The notes under the pieces: generated by a model
What the model saw: only the letters and a program-made list of their open reading frames with translations
The model's database searches: none
What the model was told of the DNA's origin: nothing
Program-made: the position numbers and the translations under genes
From: Phoronis australis
Lineage: Eukaryota; Animalia; Phoronida
Direction of reading: 5' to 3'
Assembly (NCBI GenBank): GCA_002633005.1
Contig: NMRA01000001.1
Span: forward strand, 2,210,933-2,274,932
Length of the DNA stretch: 64,000 nt
Part shown: positions 1 through 13,393 of the stretch, one piece after another
Position numbering within the stretch: position 1 is the first letter of the stretch
How the letters are laid out: each line of letters begins with the position of its first letter

Positions 1-135
1 ACACTTGATAATAAATTTTGAGCTTTCATCCAACAACAAAAGAAAACAATTGGAAAACGCTATTCAAAAATCAAGGACCACCACGTCGTAGTCCCAGAGG
101 TAAATCTATTGTCGCATAGTGACCGAGGCAATGGC

Positions 136-424
136 AGTGGCGGATAGGATACCATAAGGGAGAGNGGGGGGGGGGACCCAACCCTTTGCCTCGGGGAATT
201 GGGCAAAGCGCGATTATATCTGAAGAGGCGGCCCAAAAGTTCTGGTGGACCTGCTGTTCAGAAACTCTATCGGTGGACTAAAAAATGAAAATGGGAACAC
301 GATTCAGACGCTACCGGTCCTAGTTACTGAACTCAATATGTCCTCACGCTTCACACTGTTGCTGTTTTATTTTGCTCGCGGCAGCCAAAGGGGGGGGGGG
401 CTGCCCTCCCTAAATCCGCCTATG
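136..424. repeat. CAGTGGCGGAT...ATCCGCC-type dispersed MITE family member
   Basis: Starts cagtggcggataggat plus a G-run and ends taaatccgcctatg. Related ends occur at about 45285-45358 (reverse), 58421-58577 and 21775-21792. Confidence 0.5.
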
Positions 425-1198
425 ACGTGATCCTTCAGTACGTTTAACTGCCGAAATCAACTATCATGGCAAGCCGTGGTAAAACTGAGATAAGTGTTTG
501 TGGGAGCTATTTTCGTAATTTCAGCTACTAAGATTTTAAAATGGAATCAAACAAAACCCATCTTTTTAAAAACATGAAACCACTGTGAAACTTCCGTTAG
601 TGACTTCCGTTTACAAGCAGTGTTTTTTAACGTATTCTCTGATCGTACGGCAAAAAAAAATCTAAAACATATCTTAACTTGTCCGTAATTTCCCACCTCT
701 GAACACATGGTTGTATGAATTGAATTTATTATCACACGTTCTGGAACATTTGAAGTAAAATTCAACAGGAACACTTTCTAGATTAATTTTAGAGAGTTTT
801 TCTGTCGCACATAGAACGAACTCGTCTCTAAATACCACCACGACCCCAATTTTAACGGTGGCGCGTGAACTCGTTTGTGAAAATTGTTGACTGCGCGTTC
901 GCACCGGCCAGATCGACTACGTGCTGGCTTGGACTTGTCCCTGTAGAAAAAACTAGACGGCTTCGATATTTTCGCATAATACCCTGAGCAGTATGTTTTA
1001 AAGCAACGAAGACTACCCCTGCTAAAAATCAGGTACAGGATTTGTCCCCCTTATAAACGAGTTGTGACTTTATGTTCATGTCCATCCTCTAGTGAGGTAC
1101 AGCAACGCACATCTAAATGTAAGGTAACTAGCAGCCTAGATTTACTGCGCTGGTGACAGACTGGCAGACTAGTACCATCGTAGAACTCTATCCTCCAG

Positions 1199-1266
1199 CA
1201 TGGGCGGTGCACCATAGGGGGCTGGGGGCTATAGTACCCCACTTTTTCAGTGCTGCACCGCCCATG
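1199..1266. mobile_element. 68-bp MITE, CA...TG ends, 5-bp TSD (hAT5-like)
   Basis: TIRs catgggcggtgcacca / tgctgcaccgcccatg (15/16 match), flanked on both sides by TCCAG (1194-1198, 1267-1271). Confidence 0.8.
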
Positions 1267-1794
1267 TCCAGGGCTACCTTAGCAAAGACTAGACGGTTCA
1301 GACCTACTCTGGCTCATTATTTGTCATGGAAATGACGTCAAATAACTTAGAACGAAAGAAGGCCCTCCCAAAAAGGAAACAGATTAGTCCCCACATCACA
1401 ATAATTCTTTTTAACTCTTAATTTCCATGTTGATGGTCGATGGAAACGGCAGCACATTTATAATCTCCCTGTCCGCATAAACAGTACAGGTTAGTTTGAA
1501 GTAAATGGGCGGCGCTGAAGTGATACCCATAAGAAAATCGATGCAGACAGGAACTTGGCACTGGAGGCCGCGGAATGAGCCCAAATAAGTAAATGCGCAA
1601 CACTGATACAAACATTAACTTACAGACTTTACGCTTGTCTAATTATTATACTGCTTATAGGATACTTGCCATGATTCATTATGCACAGAATAATAACAAA
1701 ATACAAAACAAACGGCGTTTTATGTATTCCCTGCAGCCTTTTAAATTCGAAAGTAACGACGCCTATCAGACTCACGTGATCGTCCAAATACGGA

Positions 1795-2665
1795 AGGCAA
1801 TACAGTCAATATTGTATGGAGAGCCAAAGCGAAAAAAATCCAGGACATAAATTTTCTACGCAAGATTTAAAAACAGGCCAAAGCATAATTTTACTGCGCA
1901 GGACCAAAAATAAACACCTCAAAACCATAATTTCACTAATGAGGTTGAATTGCTGTCGTCTCTTCCACACTTTGCAACAGAAGCCAATGTATGCTTGCAC
2001 ACATTAACACGGCTTCAGTGGCCGGTTGCATGAAACAGTCCCAAATAGGGACTCAACCAAGGTCCTAAGTCTTTTATTTGCGTATTGGAGGTTTTTATGG
2101 ACTCACAGATGCAATATTTTTCTATCATTTCACTATTATTATGAGCTCCCCTTTGATTAATGACATTTTCTAAAAATATAACTAAAAACTGAGCCCAGAG
2201 TTCATTGAAAATAAATAGGGACTCAGTCCTTAAATTGGGGGTGTTGCATGAAAAGATCCCTAATTATTTTCGATAATATTAACAATTCAACGTAGAGTTC
2301 ACTCTCGATTTTTATCAAAGTCAAAAATTGACTTGATAATGAAACTAAAACAATAAAAGAGGGGACAATCGGTGTTTCCACAAGTCCAAAATGCGCAGCA
2401 GATTTAGGAAACTTAGTTGAGTCCCTATTTGGGACTGTTTCATGCAACCGGGCACAGACACCCAGCGGTTCGTCCAATTGTCAGGGTGGTCACGTGGTCA
2501 CGTGGTCTCAAGGCTTGACAATTTTCTGTTCTGGCGTGATAATTTTTCGCTGCTGCCATGTGGCATGATAAATTCTGGTTTTGAGTTGTTTTTTGCCCTG
2601 TATAGAAAATACGTGTCATTGATTTTTTGCTTTGGCTTTCCATAGGAATGTGATTGTATTTTCGG
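1795..2665. mobile_element. Old foldback/MITE with diverged ~100-bp inverted arms, hosting a nested MITE
   Basis: aatacagtcaatattgtatggagagccaaagcgaaaaaaatc... (about 1799-1890) is the diverged reverse complement of ...gattttttgctttggctttccataggaatgtgattgtatt (about 2570-2660). Confidence 0.6.
2019..2454. mobile_element. PIF/Harbinger-like MITE, 3-bp CAG TSD
   Basis: ~50-bp TIRs tggccggttgcatgaaacagtcccaaatagggactcaac / gttgagtccctatttgggactgtttcatgcaaccgggca, with CAG on both flanks. Confidence 0.8.
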
Positions 2666-3094
2666 CTTACACGAAGGCGACTATGCGATGGAGGCTGGGA
2701 CGAGGCTAATGTTGGCTGAGACATGATAGAACTCGAGTTATAGAACACCATGTGACCGTTTTGTAGACACAATTGGCTCGCAAAAACGCAAGATCACCCA
2801 AGTCTTCGCAAAATATCCCCATGCATTACAAGCCAAGGATGTAATCGCACTAGATCGGTTTACTCTACGCGACTCAACTTTCACTGGATGGCTACGAATT
2901 TTCCATTTACTCTGTATTCACTGATGCGCACCCGCTACCCATGAGAAGGTCACTAAGGTCCATATCATATACTTGAAAAAAAACGGCTTGTTCAAGTGAT
3001 CTAAATAACCAGTAAGCTACTTGGTATGTTTTAATCACTTACTAAATTTGATAACTGCCATAGTGCACATGTAAATAAAACAAAAACACGTTTC

Positions 3095-3470
3095 TAGTTA
3101 AAAATGCATTTCGCCCTGTTTAGCTGGCTAAAATAAATTAAAATAAATCGAAAGCTGAATCATACCTTTTACTGTCGTCACATACGACTCATAATATTCC
3201 TTAATCGTGTTATGATTCAATTTACCTTACCAACTCAAGACAACCACACTGCGCATATGCGCCACGTTCGAATTCGGAATTTCAGGGCTGGCCAATCCCA
3301 ATGACTGGAACTTAGACGAGTTTTCTTGAGTCGCTGGCTGTATCGCTGCTCTTGTTCTTGTTCAATTAGAAATAGTCCTATAACGGTAAGGAATATTATT
3401 ACGAGACATCATCTATGAGTCTAAAATGCCTAATTCGGTTTTCGTTTTTAGTCAGGGGTAATGAAGCCTC
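3095..3470. repeat. Diverged dispersed foldback repeat (paralog at about 19385-19715)
   Basis: gcctaattcggttttcgtttttagtcag (about 3428) vs gcctaattcgattttcgtttttagccag (about 19663); catttcgccctgtttagct (about 3107) vs catttcgtcctgtttagct (about 19400). Confidence 0.5.
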
Positions 3471-4659
3471 AGAATAAGATCTAATATTCATCGTATTGCA
3501 ACATAATTTCTGAAATATCATATACTACTAATGACACGTATCATAATGTGTTCATGATGTTCTAGCGAAGTATTAAATCAAAAGTAATGATCATACGACT
3601 CTAGTGAGTGTTTGTGAAGAATGCGTGAAAGTTCCTCTACCCCCGGCGCTCTGCCACTCTGTAGCTCACCCTTGACAAAGAGCGTATCGCTCAAAACGTG
3701 GGGATATTTTAGAATATTTTAGTACCGACGCTCGTCGTTTTAGTTTTACTAGTTATACTATTTTATATTTTTATTCGTCAGTAACTGCACGGCATTCCAA
3801 CATCCACTTATTTCATAATAATATGTCACGTTCTTGTTACTATGTTGGGATCATGCTAAATTATCATAGGTTTCTTTCAAAATATGAAATTCTTTTGTCA
3901 TACTACCATCCACAGCCAATCCTCTCTGTGTAAATAAACGTATCAAAAGTCTACAAAACGTAGATTACGTGATAACATTAGCAATATAATCTTGGTTATC
4001 TAAAAGTTTCTTGTTCTTGAAATGATTGTAACTACATTTCGAACAAAATGCAGTGTCGGAAAGGCATTTTAGGGCTGCGCTCGGAAGCTTGTCAATTTAT
4101 GCCGTCAGGACCCCTTGTTACCAGAAACAATTCACTTGAAATTGAAGACAATGTATATGCCTAAAATGCCATTATCTCCCCTGAAATTAAAAAAGGTTTA
4201 TTAATAAATTAAATCCTCAGTGATGCAGCGCCTGATTAGGTTCACGGTAAGTTCCCCATAACGTTCTAGGCTGCCATGGCAACATCTGTTTACATGATTA
4301 GATCATGTGTTTATTGTGTTCAACGCAATGAAAAAATCAGAGTAGAAAAGGGCAAAAATTAATTGAAATGACGTGTTGAGAAAGTTTAAGTTGTATTCAG
4401 TGATCCATTGTTTAGTATTAGTTCACTGAAGTCTCGAGATAGTAAAACTTAATGGATAAAGACAGTTACGGGTTTATAGACCACTTTGGCCTCACTTTGA
4501 CCATTTTTTCTGCAAGGATGTGTCTAAATTCTTACAGCTTACCGACAACATTGCAATACTTGGCAGGAATGGTAAAGCGTTGCGTACTTCAGCGCTCGTC
4601 AAGAGACAGCAATACCATGAAGTCAAGTTACCCAAAACGACAACAAATGAGCATCGGAA

Positions 4660-4708
4660 CCAATAAAGGCACACCCCGCGGTGTCGACATCGAGCGGGTT
4701 TATATAAA
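4660..4708 (+). promoter_or_regulatory. Candidate Pax1/9 core promoter (CCAAT + TATA)
   Basis: CCAAT at 4660-4664 and TATATAAA at 4701-4708, upstream of the candidate first exon. Predicted TSS about 4730. Confidence 0.45.
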
Positions 4709-4810
4709 AACACTGATGTTGTTGATTATAAACTTTAATGGTAGGTTTTGTATACTTGGAGAGCAATAAAGTTCTTGACTTGTCTTTCCTTTGCCGCAAG
4801 CCTATGCGGG

Positions 4811-4817
4811 ATGGAAT
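4811..4817 (+). CDS. Pax1/9: Candidate Pax1/9 first coding segment (ATG GAA T|gtaagt)
   Basis: Phase-1 donor GTAAGT at 4818. Joining to 5438-5455 and 13394 gives the open frame [18 protein letters not shown]. It lies about 100 bp downstream of a TATA box. Confidence 0.5.
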
Positions 4818-5437
4818 GTAAGTAGGCTTGCTTTGAACACATAGTAGAATTACGTTATGATGTGTGATGTCTTCGAAATTCGCCACTGTCAAGTGTAATA
4901 CGATTGTTATAGCTTACGAAGTTGATGACGATTGTTTACAAATACAAGCACGACACTCGAAAAGAGATAGATGCCATTTATCAAAAGTAAATGTTTGCGA
5001 ATGAGAGAAATGGTGAGAGAGATCGAGAGTGGGGAAAACAAAATGTCAACAAATAGCAACTACTAGCAATATTTTCAAAACTGACAGCACAACAACCGCA
5101 CAGAAATCTTAGACATGTCAACTATCTCTTTACTGGAGCTTTAAAAAACCAACAAAATGTCTGCAAGTAAAATTCGCACCTAACAGCAGATGAGAGAAAA
5201 TGAAACATGAAACACGCAATTGGGTGATTAACAGTTCACCTGTTGCTAAGTTTTGCAGACGATCTTTAAATGTCTATCATTCCTGATGAACCAATCACAA
5301 GGTCGCTCAAGTGACCGAGGCGGGACTCTTTTGGTTAATATCGATGGTACCTTCTGTTGTGTTACTAAAGCGTGGCTGTTATCTGAAGTCAAAGTTTACT
5401 TTTAACGAATGAATTAGTCAGCCATTTATTTTCACAG

Positions 5438-5455
5438 TCGCAACTCATGAAATGG
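5438..5455 (+). CDS. Pax1/9: Predicted 18-nt Pax1/9 exon (xATHEM-D) ending ATG G|GTAAGT
   Basis: tttattttcacag|TCGCAACTCATGAAATGG|gtaagt has a consensus acceptor and donor. ATG G spliced to AC CAA GCG gives [11 protein letters not shown], the same phase-1 ATG G| split known in vertebrate Pax9 ([11 protein letters not shown]). Confidence 0.7.
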
Positions 5456-8400
5456 GTAAGTAGCAGTCGAATTGCCTTACGGTCTTTGATAGCAACGATA
5501 CGAACCCATCCTCTGTCATTGCCAGTACCATCGAGCCAAATAATTGGACACTCGATCCTTGAATTATTTCAATTATTTAATTAAAGTTAACTTGGTGCAC
5601 CACAGGTGTCTTTAGGGTGTAATGGTCTATCGCTTTAGTTAAATGCACATGTTTGCAAACTGGCCATTCTTAATCACCATCAATGTAATCGATGTCACCT
5701 TTGCACACATTTTTTGGTCTTTGATTTTATACTCAAAATCATCAGTTACTGCCAAGTGGCTGAAATACATTTACCACCGGCATCCAAAGCTTATTAATTT
5801 GCGAAATGTAACATAATAAATGTGCTTCAAATTGAGGTTGTGGAACTATTTTTACCTTGACATATTTAAAAGAGCGTTGCTTAAAGTAATGTCGTATTCG
5901 CATCGCATTTCTATTCATTGGCGATGTTGTTACTGGTGTCGATGGTAACCATGGCAACTATTTCTTGTACGCCACCGTGTCATGCTTGTGGGTACATATT
6001 CACTTTTCTGAGTTTGCTGTACTTGCCGTTAACTGTAGATTAAGGTCATGCTTTGTAAGTATTCATTGGTTTCATGATATTCCATTATTTTGAATTATAA
6101 TTACTTTTTTAAAAAGCGCATTTAATGCAATGCCAAGAGACTTAATTTATTGAAAGAAAATTATTCTAATATTAATTAAACTGACAAAAAACAAAACCCA
6201 CAAAAATGTTTTCGTTAACGAATGTGGTATTTAGTCTGCGCTGTCTGTCAACTAGACACGTTTTCATAAACTTTGTGAAAAGTGATTTGTGCAAGTTGCG
6301 TGGTTGTATAAAAGTTAATAATGGTGTGGGTTTTCTAGGAATGAATAACTTACCAATTATCTCTCAAACTCAGTTAACAATTACCATGTACCAAGATCTA
6401 AAACTGTAGGTCCGCTTTTGCGATACCTTTGAAGTTGTCAAATTCTGTTGACTCCATGGAAATTTTACGAAAATGTTCGAAAAGTATTATCACCCGTGTT
6501 AGCCAATTAATTTGTTTGACTTACTCCTTCGAGTACTAATAAAATTTCCAACAAACGGAAAGTCATATAGAACTCTAGATATGTTTATGATGTGTTTGAG
6601 ATTGTTTATTATATTTGCTGAGAAAATGCTATTGCCCCTTTTGAAAGCTGCACTTGAAAAAATGGACAGCTCAGCACTCGTGTTGACAACACAGCGATTT
6701 TGGACCTGGATATCAAGATGCAACTCTATTGAATACTATTATCGACATCGAACGTTCCCAACCACCTTACACAAGTCCAATTCTGTGAGCCGCAAAGCTT
6801 TAGGTCCTTGGAAAATCGGCATTTATTGGGCTAGATTTAACTGTCCTATTATTTAGTGAACGAGTCTTGGATACCTTGTCTGTAAAGTTTCGCTTGGAAT
6901 TGAAAACAACGACTTCAGAATTTTTATGTCTCACTGTTTGTGAAAATCTCTGATAAGCGAAGTAGGCGTTGTTTGAAAGACATTTGGAAAACGTTCCTGC
7001 AGGACGATCAGATCTCCTAAGTAAAAACGGTGAATGATAACCCTAAGCGGAAACTAGGAATTGGGCTCAATTTCAGAGAGTTGATTACTCAGAGTGAAAC
7101 TAATAGGACTTTGTTTCTGATTAACTGTCAGTTATAGAATAACACTTTAACGACCGTCCATGATGTTACCATGCTTATGGGTACAGCGTCCCAAGCAAGC
7201 CAGTTAAGATAAGACCCAGTGTGGCTGGGGAAATTATGAACTTCGCACGAACTAGTCCCGTATTTAATTAAAAATCATATCAACTGATCTTGCAACGAAA
7301 ACGAATCTGTGAATCTAATGGAAGTGGGATAGAATGTTAACGTTGAAAGGTTTCTGTTATTATTCTAGATCGAGTTGTACTACTCTAGTATTGGCAATAG
7401 TCCCTAGTTTTAGTGGTCTGGGATTCTAAGAACCAGGAAATCACTGAGTAGTGGATGTTTTTAGTGAAAGAAACTTGTTCTCTAAAGAAGTGACCACCTC
7501 AGTGAACTAAAGTTTTTATCACCGCACGTCGTTAAAAATCTGTTGAAACTTTGAATTGTTAATTCAATATTCAATAAAATTTAGTTATATGCTCGCAACT
7601 TACAGGCAGTACAAATGCCAAGGCAAATATATATATACATACATGTGATGATGATAAAAAGGTTGACCAAATTGATTGAGCGTTAGCTGCCTAAAATATG
7701 TTAATTGTGAATAACTGATAATAAAAATTATATATCCGTCATATTTCTCAATACTGATTTTTTAAATTGACCATGGTGTTTTCATTTCCAAGTCATTGCC
7801 AATGTTTGCAGTGTCAATTCGCTGTTTTGTTTCATATTATGTAACTATGAGTGGCATTAAATTTCACTTATGTTACTTCCAAATTCTCATTAGCGATAAG
7901 GATCAAGTCAAAATTCAAGTTAAGCTATGTTTATCTTATCCAATCGAATCATCGTATCATGCTCTTCACGTGGCTTAGAATGAATGAATTAAAAAAAATA
8001 ATGAGAAATGGCTAAATTACGAGAAAGCTCTTCTGTTTTTTCAAGTTGAACCTCTTCTTTTATGCCTTTGTGTTCAACAAAATAAATTATCGATAAATAA
8101 ACATACTAAAATTTAGAACCATGAGGTATTTACCAGTTTTAAAATCTCCATAAATTTCATTGTAATTTTACAGTAAAGTACATTGAAGCTTAGGCTTGAC
8201 CAATTTTAAAAATAGCTGATCGCGGTTGTTCTACGTTGTATGTTATTTATTAACCACATGAAGAGACCGCCACTAGTACTTGTGAGCCAAGCTGTCTATG
8301 TAAACAACAATAATGAGTTGTGAATTTATATATCTAACTATAATTTTGAAATGGTACCTAAAGGATTTTCGAAACTTGTGATTCACGGAAGTAGATGGCT

Positions 8401-8611
8401 ACCATTAAACTCTAAAGTGGATTAGTTTTTATTTCAATTCAATTCAAGCACTGAACATTTTTTAATAAGGGAGCCCTTGATCTGAAAGATTAATGTTTTT
8501 AGTATAGAAAAGAGCACGTTTCATATTTTTGGTAGAGTCAATTCATTCGCCAAATCATATAATTTACACTAACAGCTTTATTGAAAAATAATAGCGAGTT
8601 GCTACGAGAAT

Positions 8612-8656
8612 TTTATTGTTATTATTTATTACTATTACTGTTACTACTATTACTTC

Positions 8657-8704
<48 letters not shown>

Positions 8705-8760
8705 TATTACTATTATTATTACTATTGTTATTACTATTATTTCTACTATTATCATCATTG
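8612..8760. repeat. (ATT/ACT)n trinucleotide microsatellite in the Pax1/9 intron
   Basis: Perfect (ATT)n core at about 8661-8700 with degenerate flanks. It explains the poly-Leu and poly-Ile ORFs. Confidence 0.95.
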
Positions 8761-10934
8761 TGGTATTGTTTTTGTATTTTTAGTAGTATTTTTCTCGGTT
8801 CATAATCAGTATTACTGTGGATTAACGCGCTAAACTAAATAAAATTGTGACAAATTTGAATAAAACATATTTTACTTCAAACATTTTTTTACCTAATGGA
8901 TTCCGATCTTGTTCTCAAACATAATGATTATATAACCAGTGGCGATGAATTTCATTCTGTATACTGCCGGAAAACTGTAACTAAGAAGACTTAAGCTGCA
9001 GTAAGTTTTACAACGCTTTGTGAAATCACGAAATTCACTATTTTACTAACCGCACAGAATCGACTGTTCATGCCTCAGGGAATTCATTAAGATCGACTCT
9101 AGCACAGTTTGATTGTAATATGAAAAAAAATTGCACAACTCCCAGTCTACAGGCTATAAAAATTGGATGATACAATGTGAGAATAGACAGGACTTTCGAG
9201 AAGTAATTTTAGGAAATACCGAGGCAGATGTGCAATTTGAAGCCTGTGTTTGGTATAACTGCGAGAAGCCCGATTTTGGCGAGGATCGGTATTTAGTGAG
9301 GGGCTGGAACTCCTAAATTTCTTGTGAAGCTTTTCCCCTAGTACACGAAGTTGATTATGAGATGTGAACGTGGGTAAAACAGATTCTCTGCAATTTTCGA
9401 CTGCCGTCATGTGAACTGCCTAATGCAAGACTTCGGAAAGAATATTGGAAACGACATCGCTAATTAAATTTGACAATATGATTTCTTTGGTTGATTAAAG
9501 CGAGTTCAGTACCAGCTTATCTTTATGTTTGCTGTTCTGATTTGCAATGTGTGTGCCAAGAAACGAGGCGTAGTGTAGGCGTTAAGTTTGCCGAAAAGTC
9601 AAATCCCATCGTGCTAGTAATCAAATAGGAACTTCTTGGTTCTGAGAATCTTGGGAAAATTCGTTTTTATTCTACTCTGTGTGTTGTCTTGATCAAATAG
9701 AATTGTGGATAAGAACAGGAATTATGTGTTTGCATGTATGAACGTGCAATGTTTAGCTAATGCCACAACGTTTCGATGTAAATTCGAACCATCAACCAGA
9801 CCAACAATGAAATTTTATTAAGGAAGAATAACTCAGTCTCATGTACGGTAAGTGACTCGTTTTTCTTTTCATGCGCTGACGGAATGCTTCAGTTACACCA
9901 CTGGCATACTGCCTCATTTCAGCTGAATTCCAAACCTCTGCTAACGCGATCCCTAATATACCAGTCGTAGATTGATGCGTTTGAAGACCTGCTGAATTCT
10001 ATTCGCATCTCCCGGTATCTCCGATCCCGACTAAAAACAATCCAGACAACACACTCAGTCATTCATCACCCAAGCCGTCGTGGTTGCGTAACCGTGTGTC
10101 TTCAATATTTCATCAAAGACTGCTAAAACGTGGACAATGACCATGCAGTCTAAGCGAGAACAGCCATCCATTACAATTAGTAGTCCAAATGAGGGAAGGT
10201 TGATTCCCAGCGTTTTGTGTCTCACGGAAGTGATTTGCATGTTCATGGAATGTTTGCGCGAAACAAATTAAATTAACTAACTTCTAAACACAGTCATTTT
10301 GCCACGTAGATCACCATTTCTAATTATGTAGAAACCGATTGACTAACGTACCGCGAACAATTACAAGTGTATGAAACCACAAACGTTGTGGACACTTTGA
10401 ACTAGTGGAACAGACTTTTGACCCATGTGGGTAGGAAGCGGCAATGGAGAATCCGTGTGAACTTACTTTTCATTCATAACAACTTGTCATCAGGTAGTCT
10501 GTTTCTTTTTAAACGTTCTTATGCGACACAGCCTGATTAAAAATAAGACCAGCAGTCTCTTCCTGGTTGTCGACACCCACATTCTCTTGGCAATCTAAGG
10601 TCGGCGTTGTATTTCGTAGATAGTGGCCGTCTGTCTGCAATTTTGGTTTTGCAAAAAGATCGAGGAGTATGGCAATGTGTGGTTGAAGCAAAGGTCCTAG
10701 GCTCAACCTTATCGAGTAACAATTTTGACTTTTCAAATTAAAACTGCTACATTTAGCACGCTGTTAAGCTGGCTGAAAATGAAAAGCGAATTGGGCCTTG
10801 TACTTTCTTAAAATCGGTCTCATAATCGTCCTCGCCTCCTTTCCGAACTTCGAAACCCACAATGATTAAAAAATGCTTCCCAAATTCGAAAAAGGTGAAT
10901 GTACAGATAGCCTCACGGTGACTTGAGTTGACGT

Positions 10935-11545
10935 AGGGCAACACGTAGCCCCTCGGTTGGCCGGTTAGGGGCTACAATACTTCCCGTCGCTTTCTTTACT
11001 AATTTCGTCCCGTGTGTTTTAAACTGGCTGTAGGCGAAATCCGCTCACCGACTGAGAGTTTTCACTTCGTCATAAATACATTCTACACTTAAAGCTATGA
11101 CCTAAAAAGCGCTTAATTTCTTCAGTGGTCCCGTCTACTTCTACACATATCTTCGATGAAGTATAGTACGACAATTAAGGCCCAACTTTGGCGAAGAATT
11201 CCAACTCCACTTTTTGGTCATCGTTAACTTTTTCACCACGCACGCGGTAACCACAAAGTATTTCAACTGAGTCACGTGAGTTAGGCAAAGGCTAGCGCGA
11301 AACTGAGCGAAGTGCGTGACGCTAGCGCGCGTCACTTGCAAAATAACATAAGGTATCAAGTGAAATTTGTAAGGTTTGTGTCTCTTGGACATTTTCTTCG
11401 TCATCATGCGTGATTTAATGAAACTTTCTCAAAATGGCACCCGATAAGAGAAACTCGTGCAAACCGTTACAGATTTTCATGGATATGTCCAAGTTATGTT
11501 GACTAAATTGTATCCAGAGTCATGGTATGTGTTAATTATAACTCC
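10935..11545 (+). repeat. ~600-bp dispersed repeat in the Pax1/9 intron (inverted paralog at 47130-47682)
   Basis: Shared blocks: caacacgtagcccctcgg, aaaagcgctta.tttcttcag, ccaactccactttttggtc, ctcaaaatggcaccc, gactaaattgt.tcca.agtcatggtatgtgttaatt. Confidence 0.75.
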
Positions 11546-13393
11546 ATACTCCTATATGTATGGTTCATTTGATTTTATTTGCTGTATTGTGAAACGAGTA
11601 ACTTTTTATGGGGTTGTACTATCGCCCCTGTATGCCTGCGGCATCCAGGGCGATGTAATTGCCTAGAGTTGACGGCGCATTCGGCAACAGTTTAAGAACG
11701 CATGAGCGTGGTAATGCTTTTAAAGAAGCAAGTTACTAAAATCGACGTTTTTGTATCAAATCATTTCGACTAGTTCCATTCGGATCACTTTCAGTTCTTT
11801 TATCTGACACTTGACGACAGACGAAAGTGTTCAAATAAGGCCGTGACGTAAAGTGGTTATGACGATGTCCCGTAGTTTACTATTGGCACAAATCGAGAAT
11901 GCTTATTATCTACCTGGCCAGTAAAACATCAAAAAAGGCTACATTATAGTAGTTCAATTTCATAATTGCTGATTTTCAAGAGATATGAAAGTATGTCGGA
12001 AGTCAGCTGAAATTTGGAGACCGGCGAATTTCCCGGTCTGGCCGTGGAAAAATGTGGTTGTTTAGTGATAATTATAGTTATCACCAATCAAGCACATTTT
12101 AAAATTGCATGCCTGCGATTTAAACGTTTTTTTTGTTATTCAGAAAAAGTATCACCGTGTTTTGTAATTAAGACTTGAGGAATTATTCAGATTCCGAGAC
12201 GTAAATTTTCCTAAAGTCGAGTTACTGTTCAGGTGCCCCGACCCGACAGCTGCTTGACTGTTCGAGGTGGGTCTCGGCCCTGCTCACACCGAAAGTTCTT
12301 GAATTCGAACACTATTCCTCATCGACAAACAAGTAGTGTTAACCAAAGTAATAATCATGTTGTGTGGTGATGGCTGTACTGTGGATTGACAGGTACATTG
12401 CCAATCGACTCAGGTAAGCTAACGTGACTCTGCAGCTTACCTCCGGCATCGATTGCGGCAATATATCCTCATGCGAACTTTAGAGTTCCAGTTCCACAAA
12501 ATCCGTCTGATGCTCTGAGCAAAATTTTTTTGCCTTATATTGGGAATTCTTTGAAGTATCATAGCACTCAACCAAATTTTCATTTCAACAGTTTCACTTC
12601 ACCCTGCATTTGATTAACATGTGATGGGTATTGGCCCACGGGCACACGGCCGCCGCATTCAAGACCCGGTCGGCTTCAATAATAGTTTGATTGCATCTGA
12701 AAAGCCGCCGAACGCATAATAATTTATTCGTGGGTTTTTTAACAAATTTGCTTTCATTTACACCACAAAAATTTCGCAACAGATTTGAATACAAAGTAGC
12801 CAGACGGCGTTGGTACTTTTTTAGGCATTGTCTGAAATAGCGACACGCACTCGTCGCAAGATCCGTTGACGTCAGCGCTTTATGTCTTCACCTTCATCTC
12901 GGGTTAACGCGACACCTATCTGCCCAGTTTAGTGGACAGAGCTCGAGGTGACAGAGGCACAGGCTAATTTAAACGGTGAAAAACAAAATTAATTTAATCG
13001 AGTTGCATATGCCGTTTTAAAAATTCCTCACTGACTGGTAAACTGTGGCGAAATGAACCTTAAAAATTGATTCAAATGTTCCATACAATGTTAAGTTATC
13101 AAAAGTCACCCGGAAACTTCACAATATGTGACTAAACGTGCTGGAACGGATACGAATGTGCATTTAGCACCGTGCGGTGGGTGTACGTCAGAATTTTCGA
13201 TGGCGTAACTGACCACTGAGCTCATTTCGTTCCATTACACATCGTGAAATAAACTTGGGGTCAAATTTATGCGAATGCAGGGACCGTTAATCAAGGATTG
13301 TTAACACCTTGACAATTTATTTCCTCCTCTGTTTGTTTTTAAACACATTCAGCTACCGTGACAAAGCTTGTTAACCATTTATTTTCCTTGCAG

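Noticed and set aside
8564-8805. Poly-Leu and poly-Ile ORFs
   Set aside because: They are translations of the (ATT)n microsatellite.
11313-11336. Paired-domain-like palindrome gtgacgctagcgcgcgtcac as an autoregulatory site
   Set aside because: It lies inside a dispersed repeat and is poorly retained in the paralog, so a chance match cannot be excluded.
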